A stretch of DNA of 35,664 nucleotides from Octopus bimaculoides. Lineage: Eukaryota. The DNA lies in the NCBI RefSeq assembly GCF_001194135.2, contig NC_068990.1, forward strand, positions 78,826,961 through 78,862,624, given 5' to 3'. The notes under the pieces were generated by a model, which was not told the origin of the DNA, did not search any database, and saw only the letters and a list, made by a program, of their open reading frames with translations. Positions 34,884-35,664 of the stretch are shown here, one piece after another. How positions within the stretch are numbered: the first letter of the stretch is position 1; each line of letters starts with the position of its first letter. The translations under genes and the position numbers were made by a program.

Positions 34884-35453
34884 GTTGCTACTTTAAACAT
34901 TAACTCTAAATTATACTACTCCTATAGGAAAGATGGTGAGGTTACAAGATATGTGAACAAATTATCAAATCACCCCCCAATGTATTAAAATCGGTAGTTA
35001 AAAGTATTTCTAGGAGAATTACTAAATTACCATCAAACATTGATATTTTTAATTCCCTTTCATGCCACTATGCTTGCTTTGTCTAAAGCGGCATATGACT
35101 AGGAAATTACTTTTCTCAGTCCTGAGAGTTCTGCTCCTTTTAATAGAGGGGAAAAAAATGATAGTTTGAGTAATAGAAAGTCTACTAACTTACTTAGTTG
35201 TGAAAAAATACCAAATGATAACCCTTCCTACAAACCTAACATTTTAAATAATAATAATAGAGTATGCTTCGATAGGAGACAGGATACTAAAACGAGTAAG
35301 AAGCTTAGGTTCGATAAAAAAGGTGACGATGAAAAAGAAATGGTTACTCCTGCAGATAAGGGATCTACTAGAAATATATACAAAACTATAAAACATGGCA
35401 CGATTCTAGGGAGTAGAATATATTCCAGAATATATTCCAATATACTGGAATAG
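34884..35453 (+). mobile_element. Penelope-like element: RT C-terminus and linker remnant
   Basis: VATLNINSKLYYSYRKDGEVTRYVNKLSNHPP, frameshift, NVLKSVVKSISRRITKLPSNIDIFN resembles the PLE pattern Y.K.....YV...SNHP..I.K.....IS.R. An Asn/Lys-rich frame continues 35103-35453. GIY-YIG domain not seen. Confidence 0.75.
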
Positions 35454-35476
35454 ATCACATCAGTTCTACTTCTTCC

Positions 35477-35632
35477 CTACTTCTTCTGGTGGTTATAAAT
35501 AATATTCATTATGTATTTATATGTTTTGCTGCATGAAAACATGAAACTAATTATCTGCATATGATAGCGCCAGTGATGGCGAGAAAGATAATACCTGATA
35601 TCGTACACACACATACGCGCACACACACACAT

Positions 35633-35664
<32 letters not shown>
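35477..35664. other. AT-rich flank ending in (CA)n
   Basis: Direct reading; (CA)n from ~35605 to the end. Confidence 0.7.

Noticed and set aside
1207-35662. ORFs rich in HT, CV, YI, poly-L/V/Y/T repeats
   Set aside because: These are translations of dinucleotide and trinucleotide microsatellites, not proteins.
1-35664. CRISPR array, rRNA or true tRNA genes
   Set aside because: No repeat-spacer array or rRNA similarity; the tRNA-like boxes belong to SINE heads and do not form full cloverleaves.

Overview
AT-rich, microsatellite-saturated eukaryotic DNA with about eleven N-gaps. The SINE and LINE families look cephalopod (octopus-like); this is pattern recognition, not a database match. I can support no intact host gene, tRNA, rRNA or CRISPR array. 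Almost all interpretable sequence is decayed mobile DNA: RTE fragments, an L1/Tx1-like fragment, a CR1-like 5' half, RLE-endonuclease (R4/Dong-type) non-LTR elements, Penelope-like (PLE) remnants, two tRNA-derived SINE families and MITE/foldback elements. The most interesting signals are: (i) long palindromic foldback elements, one carrying a nearly complete minimal hammerhead ribozyme reading outward from its centre, plus further hammerhead-like motifs elsewhere; (ii) a Dong/R4-like element whose whole reverse transcriptase is deleted in frame, fusing its N-terminal region to an endonuclease with intact catalytic motifs; (iii) a ~97% identical local inverted duplication inside an already decayed LINE; (iv) a template-switch-type microinversion in a SINE. 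Identities are by-eye estimates and coordinates may be off by a few bases.
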